A stretch of DNA of 64,000 nt, from assembly GCF_000143415.4 (NCBI RefSeq), contig NW_003314272.1, positions 339,729-403,728 on the forward strand, read 5' to 3'. The stretch comes from Selaginella moellendorffii (lineage: Eukaryota; Plantae; Lycopodiophyta). Position 1 is the first letter of the stretch. Each line of letters starts with the position of its first letter. This document shows positions 1-12,952 of this stretch, piece by piece. A program made the translations under genes and the position numbers. A model generated the notes under the pieces. It worked only from the letters and a program-made list of their open reading frames with translations. It was not told where the DNA came from and did no database searches.

Positions 1-933
1 GGGGGAACTAGAGCCGGCTCTTGAACACTTCACCAAGCTACCCCGCTTGTCGGTCCGTATTCACTCTAGTCTTGGACTTCCCAGTGGTCAGTTCATCACC
101 CAACACTGGGTCTGGCCTTCCTGGGCCAAACTGGCCTTTCCTGGCCAAACTGGCTCCACTGCAGTCCTCCCCCTACGATACTTTTGGAGCTCACCAAACC
201 CCCCAGGGTCTGGGAGACGAACGCTTTGGGCTTTCACCCTCTCAGGCTCCGGACTCGGACTTGGACTCGGACTCGGACTCGGACTCGGATTCGGACTCGG
301 ACTCGGCCTCGGGCTCGGTCTCGGCCTCGGCCTCGGTCTCGGTCTCGGTCCCGATCTCGGTCTCGGTCTCGGTCCCGGTCTCGGTCCCGGTCTCGGTCTC
401 GACTTCGGACTCCATCTCGGACTCCATCTCGGACTCCATCTCGGACTCCATCTCGGACTCCATCTCGGGTCCATCTCGGACTCCATCTCGGACTCCATCT
501 CGGGTCCATCTCGGACTCCATCTCGGACTCCATTTCGGGTCCATCTCGGGTCCACCTCGGACTCCATCTCGGACTCCATCTCGGACTCCATCTCGGGTCC
601 ATCTCGGACTCCACTTCGGACTCCAACTCGGGTCCATCTCGGGTCTACCTCGGACTCCACTTCGGACTCCATCTCGGACTCCATCTCGGGTCCATCTCGG
701 ACACTCCCACATGTCATGTGTTGGTCCTTTTGGGTCTCTTTTTGGAGCCTCGCCTTTTGCTCGCTTCGTGCTTGTTCCTCGAGCACTTCGTTGGGAGTTC
801 CACTCCCGCTCTTGACTTTTCAAGTCGGAGCTTTTGGTCCAAACGTGTTACGCTCGTTTGGCTCTCGCTTCGGCCACTACCATGTGGCGCCCTTCCGGCT
901 CCACTTTGGGGCCTAGGGATTTTGTGTCTCACA
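1..933 (-). mobile_element. Family A LTR (partial, runs off window start); 3' LTR of first tandem unit
   Basis: Near-identical to 5600-6877 and 11690-12952; ends ...TTGTGTCTCACA (TGTGAGACAC on minus strand), preceded on minus strand by a polypurine tract. Confidence 0.9.
250..700. repeat. LTR-embedded minisatellite: (GACTCG)n / (GTCTCG)n then 12-mer (GACTCCATCTCG / GGTCCATCTCG)n
   Basis: Direct reading of tandem 6-mers followed by 11/12-mers; source of the SDSI/RTPS/LGLH ORFs in all six frames. Confidence 0.95.
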
Positions 934-945
934 ACTCCACCACCC
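934..945 (-). promoter_or_regulatory. Polypurine tract (GGGTGGTGGAGT) of family A
   Basis: Immediately precedes TG of LTR on minus strand; same at 6878-6889, 49686-49696 (+) and 63409-63420 (+). Confidence 0.8.
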
Positions 946-3900
946 ATAGACGAAGTTCGATGTCCTCATCGAACGGTAAACCCTTTCATAAAGTAACACC
1001 CACACGTGTTACCATTTCCATCCTTGGCACCTAGCCAATCTTTGTCTATGGTTTGACACCAAAGGCTCACCATGCCTTGTCCATCCTTTAAGGAGCGTAG
1101 TCTCGCCAACTTAGAGACTGATTGGACCACATGTAATGGTTCTCTTCTTTTATAGGTTTAGTTCTCGCTAAACCTCTTAGAGACCCTTCTCTAAGTCAAT
1201 CCCACTACTCCTCGAGTAGTCTCAATTTCCATCGATATAACCTTTGCACTTTGGAACTTTGAATTTTGACTTCTTGGAGTCAATTTCCTAGGTGTCTCCG
1301 ACACCTTGCCTTGCACCTTTTGTGCAACTCCACTTCCCATTCTAGGAAGTTCTCTACTCGAGGGCACCATCATCCTCTCTTCTATTTCGTGCCAAAGTTC
1401 CAGTTATCATACTTTGTGCTAGGGCTGTTCATGGCCCTATCATTTGGCTACCTTACCGCTCCCTCCCTTGGAGCTTCCACTTTCGCCAAATCGGAGCATT
1501 TCGGAATCCATCCTTGGAAACACACTTCCTTTCCCGCAATTTGTTAGCGTCCAACACATTAGTGTTCCTCGCCTAACTTTGTCACTTGGATTCATTCCAA
1601 GGGATTCCACGGCCCTATCTTGGCCACTCATCTTTTGCTCCTATCCGTTGATTGTTGCACCAAGCAACATCGAATCTCTACCTCTCTCCTTGAGGTATTC
1701 TTTTGATTCCATAGCAAAGGCTCTACTTTGCCAAGACTAGGGTGTTCATCCCTAGTAAGTCTCTTTTAGCATCTTCTGCTGTGGGCTCTATCCTCGGCCC
1801 AACTTTGTGACCCTCTCATGGGTCTCTTTAGAGACTACTTTCCTTGGACACACTATGCTATCGCAATGACATAGCTCATTTCCCTAAGGTGCTTTTCCCA
1901 CTTGGTCACCTTGACCAAGCCACACCATCATCAATAGTTCAAATCAACACTTTGAACTAGGAACCTTATTCTTTAACCCAAATAAGGACCTTGTCGTTAT
2001 TTAGCCACAAGATCACCTAGTGATCTCACCTTGGCACCTTAACAGAGTTGCCAAGAGCTACTTGGTCTTCTAGACCTCCAAGTTGTTGACTATAACCCCG
2101 GGGGCATCCCCCACACTTGGCGGTGCACCCAAGCTAGCCCTTACGGCCAAGGGTTCATAGCAACTGAGATTAGATGTCCCCATCTCACTCACCACGACCT
2201 TGGTGCCACTTGCACCAAAGCGTTCAAGTTAGATATGCCGAGCTTTCACACTAAGCAATCTAACCGTGCATCACAACTCCGAGGCATCCCTCGCTTGGTG
2301 GTGTGCCCAAACCAGTCTCCTCATTGAGAGTCCATGACCACCGAAATATGAGTGTCCTCATATTCCAAACCATCACCACGCCCTAATGATTTGGGACTCG
2401 AACCCAAGCACTAGAGGGTCGGGACTCGAACCCAACCTCCGTATATGCATTTACGGACGGCATCACACAAGATGCCTGGCGTGACTCCCCACGCCGGTGC
2501 ACCAACTTATTTTGAAAGTGCGCTACAGATCACAGCTGAGGAACCTAGTTCCTCCACACTACCAAGTCCTCTCACTTGACATGTCTGTGATCATGCATGG
2601 ATTCCTCCATGCTCGGCCCCATGGCCCACCCTTTTTGAAGTTATCACCTTCATCTAGGGTATTTGTTCCCCCGACGTGCCAATCTCGCTTGGCAAGTCCT
2701 CCGACCACTGTAACATGGTTCCTGCATAAGCGTGAAAGTCCTTGACCATCGACTTTCGTTCAAAGCCCTCTCTTTGAACACTTGGGAACTACTTCCCTAA
2801 CCTTGACAGCTGTGCCTCATGGCAAGCTTCAAGACCACGCTTCTGCTGTGTCACTCTGATTTCGCGCGTTCTATGAACCATTTACACTTGGCCTTTCTAG
2901 GTACTAAGCTACCTAGAATCGTCTTCGGGAACCTTGAAGGGACTCTGTCCCTTAGCTTGCTAAGCCCTCCCTTTTTGCAAGCTTTCCAATTGCCACATAG
3001 TCTAACATGGACAATTCCATATTTTAGACTCTCCATGGCATCACAGTTGCTAGCGGCAACACCCTCGAGCCCCCACTTGATTCTCCACTCCCAGCTGGCA
3101 TAACCAACCTCGGTTATGCCCTTCGATTCCTATGGTTCGGTTCTACCCCCTTACTTCTTGCTTTTGGCTTCACACCTTTCCTTCGGTCATTCTCCTCCAG
3201 ACCAGGAGGATAGCTTTGCACTTTCTATCATGCCTTAGCAAGTATTCTTAGGGATGAACCTACCCGATAGCCTAGGGAGTGGTTCCTCAATCCGGGTATG
3301 CTCACCTTATAATCCCACACACTGGGATTACATTGTTACTTATGGGCCTTTACATGCCCATCACTAGCCTTGCCAAAATTCCCTTTTTGGCTTTGTCCAA
3401 CTCGGGTAGACAGTCCTCTCCTGTCTCCGCAACCTTGGACATTTGGATAGCACCTTCTATCCATCATTCGCTAGGGACTTAGTCCCTTGGGCTTTATCCA
3501 TTGCCCTCGCGACATCAAACACCATCTTCTGGTGTTCTAAAGTGTCCGGGTGTCCCAATGATGGCTTTCTTGACAATGAGTATTTCCTTTTATGACATTG
3601 ACTTACTATATCACAACACAAGCAACTTATCCCCCTTAAGGGTATATCCAACTTCCTTATGCTATTAAGAAGTCTTGGGTAGCTACCTTCTACCCGTTTA
3701 ACCAGTTATTTTGCACCTCTTGCTTAGTTGCCTCATAGTTGTCAAGTCCTACAACTCATTGCTTGGTGCTTTCACACCTCCATCATTATCTGGGTCACCA
3801 CACTCCAACTGCATGCTCTGCAGCTTAGGCTATGCCATTCCCATTTCCATTGGGATTCCTTTGGCAAGGGGTTCTCATGAACCCACCAACATAGCCTCAA

Positions 3901-4829
3901 GGTATCACACCTTGGCACATTTGGTGTCTCCACACCATCGGCTCCACGAGCCTACCTCTATGACATTTCCCTTTCGTGTCTAAGTCTTTGCCAAGACCAA
4001 CACTGCTCTTTCTCATGCCAACCATCCGTTAGCACTGCCCCATAGAGGTCACACACAACTTTATATCAAAGTTGTTTTCTTCTGGGAACACCTCTCCCAT
4101 AACTTTAGCATGGCACATTTTGCCATCGATGAGATACCCTCTATTCTCATCCTTGGATCCTATGATCCCCCCCCATCCTTGGTGGGGCACAACACACCTC
4201 AGTCCAAATGCTTCCATCAGTCCTTCTAGGACCATCCCTTGACTCTACTTGAGTCATCATGCAGTTTTGGACTTGGTTAATCCACAGACCCGTAAGGTCT
4301 TACTTGTGAGGCACTAGCTCACTGGAATACACTTCTTGCATTCCTGTCCTACTCAAAAGGACTATTTTCCCAAGTGTTACTTCGACACTTGATTTTGTTC
4401 TCTGGGGGCAACTTTTGCCCCTTAGCACTACTTGTCCATGCGATGAGAATACCACTCATCTCTAAGTACACCCCCCAACTCCTTGGGTTGTTCCAGCATT
4501 TAGTAAAGGTAGCCCCGGCTACCATTTCAAGGACTTAAGTCCTCTTCCGTATTTGACCTTCCACGGTCATTACCTTTGGTCTCACATTCATGAGCACCAA
4601 CCTCAACTATATGAGGAAAACCTTCCACTGTTCCCAAGATCCCAAAGTCGTTCCATTATTGGCCCTTTTCTATCCACCACCTCCTCTACAAGTTCACACA
4701 TGAACTGTAATGGAGAGCCATGTCTTCCCGACTTGCTACTCCTCAAGGATAGGCCCACTCCTCGGACCTTCCGATGCCAACATTAGTGGTGATATACTTG
4801 AGCACCAATAAAAGTCGGACTAAGGAACA

Positions 4830-4841
4830 GCTCTGATACCA
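4830..4841 (-). promoter_or_regulatory. Primer binding site, tRNA-iMet (TGGTATCAGAGC)
   Basis: + strand GCTCTGATACCA, 3 nt from LTR terminus TGTAAGCG (CA end on minus strand). Confidence 0.9.
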
Positions 4842-4844
4842 AGT

Positions 4845-6877
4845 TGTAAGCGACTAAATTTTCCATTCTACTTTAGTCACTTAACCACACCTTCGACCCC
4901 TTGGAGGAGTCTTATTCACAACCTCCATCAGTCCAATTCAGGACTTGGGACTTGCTAGCCCCAAGAATGGCATCCCTGCCACTCAACACTTGCACCTGGT
5001 CCAAGTGCTCCACGTGTCCGGTCCCAAGACCGACACCCAAAGGTACCACTGACATCTCGGCCCGTTACGCTAAGGCCAGGCCCATTCACCTTTGCTGCAC
5101 TAGTGGTCCAACACCACTTGCATCACCACCTCGTCTCTCCAAGACTGGGCCATGTGTCCACGAGTGGTCATCCTAGATCCACTCCTTAGCATCCTTAGGA
5201 TGCCCACAGACCTGGGGAATCGCCTTCCCTAAAGTCCCTTTGTCAGTTCCTACCAAGTCCCTTTCTGCCCCTGGCCGTGTTTGCCAACACTGCCACTAGA
5301 TCGAGGCCCACAGGCCCGACCACTAAGTCCCATGGTCCTCTGGGACTTCCTCACCACACGACTGTGCCCTTGGTCACTACCCCAGAGGGCTGCTCCTCTT
5401 CCTTTCCACAGTCTGGGCCTTTGGGACGACATTTCGGAACACCGTGGCCTTACGCGAGCCACCTGGGTACTCTCCCCACCTTTCGCCTTTAGGTGCTCTA
5501 GCCATGGGCTTAGAGCGAGGTTCCGTTGAGCCACACCTGGTATCCAAGTAGGTAGTGCCACCCACACTTGGACTGGGAGAATCGGCCAGTCGATCTCCCG
5601 GGGGGACTAGAGCCGGCTCTTGAACACTTCACCAAGCTACCCCGCTTGTCGGTCCATGTTCACTCTAGTCTTGGACTTCCCAATGGTCAGCTCAGCACCC
5701 AACACTGGGTCCGGCCTTCCTGGGCCAAACTGGCCTTTCCTGGCCAAACTGGCTCCACTGCAGTCCTCCCCCTTACTATACTTTTGGAGCTCACCAAACC
5801 CCCCAGGGTCTGGGAGACGAACGCTTTGGGCTTTCACCCTCTCAGGCTCCGGACTCGGACTCAGACTCGGACTCGGACTCGGACTCGGATTCGGACTCGG
5901 ACTCGGGCTCGGGCTCGGTCTCGGCCTCGGCCTCGGTCTCGGTCTCGGTCCCGATCTCGGTCTCGGTCTCGGTCTCGGTCCCGGTCTCGGTCCCGGTCTC
6001 GGTCTCGACTTTGGACTCCATCTCGGACTCCATCTCGGGTCCATCTCGGGTCCATCTCGGACTCCATCTCGGACTCCATCTCGGACTCCATCTCGGACTC
6101 CATCTCGGACTCCATCTCGGACTCCATCTCGGGTCCATCTCGGGTCCATCTCGGACTCCATCTCGGACTCCATCTCGGGTCCATCTCGGACTCCATCTCG
6201 GACTCCATTTCGGGTCCATCTCGGGTCCACCTCGGACTCCATCTCGGACTCCATCTCGGACTCCATCTCGGGTCCATCTCGGACTCCACCTCGGACTCCA
6301 TCTCGGGTCCACCTCGGACTCCACTTCGGACTCCATCTCGGGTCCATCTCGGGTCCACCTCGGACTCCACTTCGGACTCCATCTCGGACTCCACCTCGGA
6401 CTCCATCTCGGGTCCACCTCGGACTCCACTTCGGACTCCATCTCGGGTCCATCTCGGGTCCACCTCGGACTCCACTTCGGACTCCATCTCGGACTCCATC
6501 TCGGGTCCATCTCGGGTCCACCTCGGACTCCACTTCGGACTCCATCTCGGACTCCATCTCGGGTCCATCTCAGACTCCACTTCGGACTCCAACTCGGGTC
6601 CATCTCGGACTCCACTTCGGACTCCAACTCGAGTCCATCTCGGACACTCCCACGTGTCATGTGTTGGTCCTTTTGGGTCCCTTTTTGGAGCCTTGCTTTT
6701 TGCTCGCTTCGTGCTTGTTCCTCGAGCCCTTCTTTGGGAGTTCCACTCCCGCTCTTGACTTTTCAAGTCGGAGCTTTTGGTCCAAACGTGTTACGCTCGT
6801 TTGGCTCTCGCTTCAGCCACTACCACGTGGCACCCTTTCCGGCTCCACTTTGGGGCCTAGGGATTTTGTGTCTCACA
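4845..6877 (-). mobile_element. Family A LTR (2033 bp), shared between two tandem units
   Basis: TG...CA termini (TGTAAGCGAC...GTCTCACA), PBS on one side and PPT on the other; minisatellite at ~5850-6645. Confidence 0.92.
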
Positions 6878-9800
6878 ACTCCACCACCCATAGACGAAGT
6901 TCGATGTCCTCATCGAACGGTAAACCCTTTCATAAAGTAACACCCACACGTGTTACCATTTCCATCCTTGGCACCTAGCCAATCTTTGTCTATGGTTTGA
7001 CATCAAAGGCTCACCATGCCTTGTCCATCCTTTAAGGGGCGTAGTCTCTCCAACTTAGAGACTGATTGGACCACATGTAATGGTTCTCCCCTTTTATTGG
7101 TTTAGTTCTCGCTAAACCTCTTAGAGACCCTTCTCTAAGTCAATCCCACTACTCTTTCTCGAGTAGTCTCAATTTCCATCGATATAACCTTTGCACTTTG
7201 GAACTTTGAATTTTTGACTTCTTGGAGTCAATTTCCTAGGTGTCTCCGACACCTTGCCTTGCACCTTTTGTGCAACTCCACTTCCCATCCTAGGAAGTTC
7301 TCTACTCGAGGGCACCATCATCCTCTCTTCTATTTCGTGCCAAAGTTCCAGTTATCATACTTTGTGCTAGGGCTGTTCATGGCCCTATCATTTGGCTACC
7401 TTACCGCTCCCTCCCTTGGAGCTTCCACTTTCGCCAACTTGGAGCATTTCGGAATCCCTCCTTGGAAACACACTTCCTTTCCCGCAACTTGTTAGCGTCC
7501 AACACATTAGTGTTCCTCGCCTAACTTTGTCACTTGGATTCCTTCCAAGGGATTCCACGGCCCTATCTTGGCCACTCATCTTTTGCTCCTATCCGTTGAT
7601 TGTTGCACCAAGCAACATCGAATCTCTACCTCCCTCCTTGAGGTATTGTTTCGGTTCCATAGCAAAGACTCTTCTTTGCCAAGTCTGGAGGATGTTCACC
7701 CCTAGTACGTCTCTTTAGCATCTTCTGCTATGGGCTCTATCCACGGCCCAACTTCGTGACCCTCCCATGGGTCTTTTATAGAGACTACTTTCCTCGGACT
7801 CACTATGCCATCGCACGGACATAGTTTATTTCCCTTTGGTGCTCTTCCCACTTGGTTATCACGACCAAGCCACACCACCTTAAACAGTTCAATTTCAACA
7901 TTTTGAACCAAGAACTTCATTCCTTAGCCAACCAAGGACCTTGTCCTTATCTGGGCATAAGATCACCTAGTGATCTCACTTTGGCACTTTAACAGAGTTG
8001 CCAAGAGGTACTTGGTCTTCTAGACCTCCAAGTTGTTGACTATAACCCCGGGGGCATCCCCCACACTTGGCGGTGCACCCAAGCTAGCCCTTACGGCCAA
8101 GGGTTCATAGCAACTGAGATTAGGTGTCCCCATCTCACTCACCACGACCTTGGTGCCACTTGCACCAAAGCGTTCAAGTTAGATATGCCGAGCTTTCACA
8201 CTAAGCAATCTAACCGTGCATCACGACTCCGAGGCATCCCTCGCTTGGCGGTGTGCCCAAACCAGTCTCCCCACTGAGAGTCCATGACCACCGAAATATG
8301 AGTGTCCTCATATTCCAAACCATCACCACGCCCTAGTGATTTGGGACTCGAACCCAAGCACTAGAGGGTCGGGACTCGAACCCAACCTCCGTATATGCAT
8401 CTACGGACGGCATCACACTCGATGCCTGGCGTGACTCCCCACGCCGGTGCACCAACCTATTTTTAAAGCGCGCTACAGATCACAGCTTAGGAACCTAGTT
8501 CCTCCACACTGCCAAGTCCTCTCACTTGACATGTCTGTGATCATGCATGGACTCCTCCATGCTCGGCCCCATGGCCCACCCTTTTTGAAGTTATCACCTT
8601 CAACTAGGGTCTTTGTTCCCCCGACGTGCCAATCTCACTTGGCAAGTCCTCCGACCATTGTAACATAGTTCCTGCATAAGCGTGAAAGTCCTTGACCATC
8701 AACTTTCGTTCAAAGCCCTCTCTTTGAACACTCGGGAACTACTTCCCTAACCTTGATAACCTTGCCTCATGGCAAGCTTCAAGACCACGCTTCTGCTGCG
8801 CCACTCTGATTTCGCGCGTTCCATGAACCATTTACACTTGGCCTTTCTAGGTACTACGCTACCTAGAATCGTCTTTGGGAACCTTGAAGGAACTCTGTCC
8901 CTCAGCTTGCTAAGGCCTCCCCTTTCGCAAGCTTTATAGTTGCCATATAGTCTAACATGGACAATTCCATATTTTAGACTCTCCATGGCATCACGGTTGC
9001 TAGCAACAACATCCTCGAGCACCCTCTTGATTCTCCACTCCCAACTTTCATAACCACTATTGGATATGCCCTTTGATTTCTATGGTTCAATTCCATCCCA
9101 ATACTACTTGCTTTTGGCTTCACACCTTTCCTTCGGTCATTCTCCTCCAGACCAGGAGGATAGCTTTGCACTTTCTGTCATGCTTTAGCAAGTATTCTTA
9201 GGGATGAACCTACCCAATAGCCCAGGGAGTGGTTCCTCAATCTAGGTATGCTCACCTTATAATCCCACACACTGGGATTACATTGTTGCTTATGGGCCTT
9301 TACATGCCCATCACTAGCCTTGCCAAAATTCCATTTTTGGCTTTGTCCAATTCGGGTAGACAGTCCTCTCCTGTCTCCGCAACCTTGGACATTTGGATAG
9401 CACCTTCTATCCATCATTCGCTAGGGACTTAGTCCCTTGGGCTTTATCCATTGCCCTCGCGACATCAAACACCACCTTCTGGTGTTCTAGAGTGTCCGGG
9501 TGTCCCAATGATGGCTTTCTTGACAATGAGTATTTCCTTTTATGACATTGACTTACTATATCGCAACACAAGCAACTTATCCCCCGTAAGGGTATATCCA
9601 ACTTCCTTATGCTATTAAGAAGTCTTGGGTAGCTACCTTCTACCCGTTTAACCAGTTATTTTGCACCTCTTGCTTAGTTGCCTCATAGTTGTCAAGTCCT
9701 ACAACTCATTGCTTGGTGCTTTCACACCTCCATCATTATCTGGGTCACCACACTCCAACTGCATGCTCTGCAGCTTAGGCTATGCTATTCCCATTTCCAT

Positions 9801-10931
9801 TGGGATTCCTTTGGCAAGGGGTTCTCATGAACCCACCAACATAGCCTCAAGGTATCACACCTTAGCACATTTGGTGTCTTCACACCATCAGCTCCACGAG
9901 CCTACCTCTATGACATTTCCCCTTCGTGTCTAAGTCTTTGCCAAGACCAACACCGCTCTTTCTCATGCCAACCATCCGTTAGCACTGCACCATAGAGGTC
10001 ACACACAACTTTATGTCAGAGTTGTTTTCTTCTGGGAACACCTTTCCCATAACTTTAGCATGGCCTATTTTGCCATTGATGAGATACCCTCTGTTCTCAT
10101 CCTTGGATCCTATGATCCCCCCCCCATCCTTTGTGGGGTACAACACACCTCAGTCCAAATGCTTCCATCAGTCCTTTTAGGACCATCCGTTGACTCTACT
10201 TGAGTCATCCAGCAATTTTGGACTTGGTTAATCCACAGACCCGTAAGGTCCTACTTGTGAGGCACTAGCTCACTGGAATACACTTCTTGCATTCCTGTCC
10301 TACTCAAAAGGACTATTTTCACAAGTGTTACTCCAACACTTGATTTTGTTCTCTGGGGGCAACCTTTGCCCCTTAGGACTACTTGTCCATGTGATGAGAA
10401 TACCAACTCATCCACTCAATACACCCCCAACTCCTTGGGTTGTTCCAGCATTTATTAGAGGTAGCCCCGGCTACCATTTCAAGGGCTTGAGTCCTCTTCC
10501 GTATTTGACTTTCCACGGTCATTACCTTTGGTCTCACATTCATGAGCACCAACCTCAACTATATGAGGATAATCTTGTGACTCCTTTATTGTTTTGGAGT
10601 CTCTATCTTTCCCGTGATCCCAACTTTAGTTGTTTACCACAACAACCTTAGCCAATTTGCTGAGACAAATGCTCATCCGGATCACATCCTCAACTCAATG
10701 AGGAAAACATTGCACTGTTCCCAAGATCCCAAAGTCGTTCCATTATTGGCCCTTTTCTATCCACCACCTTGTCTACAAGTTCACACATGAACTGTAATGG
10801 AGAGCTATGTCTTCCCGACTTGCTACTCCTCAAGGATAGGCCCACTCCTCGGACCTTCCGATGCCAACACTAGTGGTGATATACTTGAGCACCAATAAAA
10901 GTCGGACTAAGGAACAGCTCCGATACCAAAT
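6878..10931 (-). mobile_element. Family A internal domain, unit 2, with PBS at 10917-10928
   Basis: Colinear copy of 934-4844 with 135 extra bp near 10553-10687; PBS GCTCCGATACCA (1 mismatch). Confidence 0.85.
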
Positions 10932-12952
10932 TGTAAGCGACTAAATTTTCCATTTTACTTTAGTCACTTAGCCATACCTCCGACCACTTGGAGGAGTCTC
11001 ATTCACAACCTCCATCAGTCCAATTCAGGACTTGGGACTTGCTAGCCCCAAGAATGGCATCCACGCCACTCAACACTTGCACCTGGTCCAAGTGCTCCAC
11101 GTGTCCGGTCCCAAGACCGACACCCAAAGGTACCACTGACATCTCGGCCCGTTACGCTAAGGCCATGCCCATTCACCTTTGCTGCACTAGTGGTCCAACC
11201 CCACTTGCATCACCACCTCATCTCTCCAAGACTGGGCCATGTGTCCACGAGTGGTCATCCTAGATCCACTCCTTAGCATCCTTAGGATGCCCACAGACCT
11301 GGGAAATTGCCTTCCCCAAAGTCTCTTTGTCAGTTCCTACCAAGTCCCTTTCTGCCCCTGGCCGTGTTTGCCAACACTGCCACTGGATCGAGGCCCACAG
11401 GCCCGACCACTAAGTCCCATGGTCCTCTGGGACTTCCTCACCACACGACTGTGCCCTTGGTCACTACCCCAGAGGGCTGCTCCTCTTCCTTTCCACAGTC
11501 TGGGCCTTTGGGACGACATTTCGGAACACCGTGGCCTTACGCGAGCCACCTGGGTACTCTCCCCACCTATCGCCTTTAGGTGCTCTAGCCATGGGCTTAG
11601 AGCGAGGTTCCGTTGAGCCACACCTGGTATCCAAGTAGGTAGTGCCACCCACACTTGGACTGGGAGAATCGGCCAGTCGATCTCCCGGGGGGACTAGAGC
11701 CGGCTCTTGAACACTTCACCAAGCTACCCCGCTTGTCGGTCCATGTTCACTCTAGTCTTGGACTTCCCAATGGTCAGCTCAGCACCCAACACTGGGTCCG
11801 GCCTTCCTGGGCCAAACTGGCCTTTCCTGGCCAAACTGGCTCCACTGCAGTCCTCCCCCTTACTATACTTTTGGAGCTCACCAAACCCCCCAGGGTCTGG
11901 GAGACGAACGCTTTGGGCTTTCACCCTCTCAGGCTCCGGACTCGGACTTGGACTCGGACTCGGACTCGGACTCGGATTCGGACTCGGACTCGGGCTCGGG
12001 CTCAGTCTCGGCCTCGGCCTCGGTCTCAGTCTCGGTCCCGATCTCGGTCTCGGTCTCGGTCTCGGTCCCGGTCTCGGTCCCGGTCTCGGTCTCGACTTCG
12101 GACTCCATCTCGGACTCCATCTCGGGTCCATCTCGGGTCCATCTCGGACTCCATCTCGGACTCCATCTCGGACTCCATCTCGGACTCCATCTCGGACTCC
12201 ATCTCGGGTCCATCTCGGGTCCATCTCGGACTCCATCTCGGACTCCATCTCGGGTCCATCTCGGACTCCATCTCGGACTCCATTTCGGGTCCATCTCGGG
12301 TCCACCTCGGACTCCATCTCGGACTCCATCTCGGACTCCATCTCGGGTCCATCTCGGACTCCACCTCGGACTCCATCTCGGGTCCACCTCGGACTCCACT
12401 TCGGACTCCATCTCGGGTCCATCTCGGGTCCACCTCGGACTCCACTTCGGACTCCATCTCGGACTCCACCTCGGACTCCATCTCGGGTCCACCTCGGACT
12501 CCACTTCGGACTCCATCTCGGGTCCATCTCGGGTCCACCTCGGACTCCACTTCGGACTCCATCTCGGACTCCATCTCGGGTCCATCTCGGGTCCACCTCG
12601 GACTCCACTTCGGACTCCATCTCGGACTCCATCTCGGGTCCATCTCGGACTCCACTTCGGACTCCAACTCGGGTCCATCTCGGACTCCACTTCGGACTCC
12701 AACTCGAGTCCATCTCGGACACTCCCACGTGTCATGTGTTGGTCCTTTTGGGTCCCTTTTTGGAGCCTCGCTTTTTGCTCGCTTCGTGCTTGTTCCTCGA
12801 GCCCTTCTTTGGGAGTTCCACTCCCGCTCTTGACTTTTCAAGTCGGAGCTTTTGGTCCAAACGTGTTACGCTCGTTTGGCTCTCGCTTCAGCCACTACCA
12901 CGTGGCACCCTTTCCGGCTCCACTTTGGGGCCTAGGGATTTTGTGTCTCACA
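10932..12952 (-). mobile_element. Family A LTR (5' LTR of tandem array)
   Basis: TGTAAGCGAC...GTCTCACA; minisatellite ~11937-12720; near-identical to 4845-6877. Confidence 0.92.

Larger units (their letters stand above)
934..4844 (-). mobile_element. Family A internal domain, unit 1 (non-coding/decayed; LARD-like)
   Basis: Bounded by PBS and PPT; no ORF over ~100 aa and no recognisable gag/RT/integrase motif; colinear with 6878-10931. Confidence 0.8.

Noticed and set aside
250-700. CRISPR-like array
   Set aside because: Contiguous tandem 6-12-mers with no unique spacers and no cas genes; eukaryotic context
2391-2436. Functional tRNA gene
   Set aside because: Only T-arms; no D-arm, anticodon arm or acceptor stem
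4845-6877. Retrozyme (hammerhead ribozyme in LTR)
   Set aside because: No CTGATGA...GAAA core with flanking stems found by eye on either strand; an Infernal search would settle it
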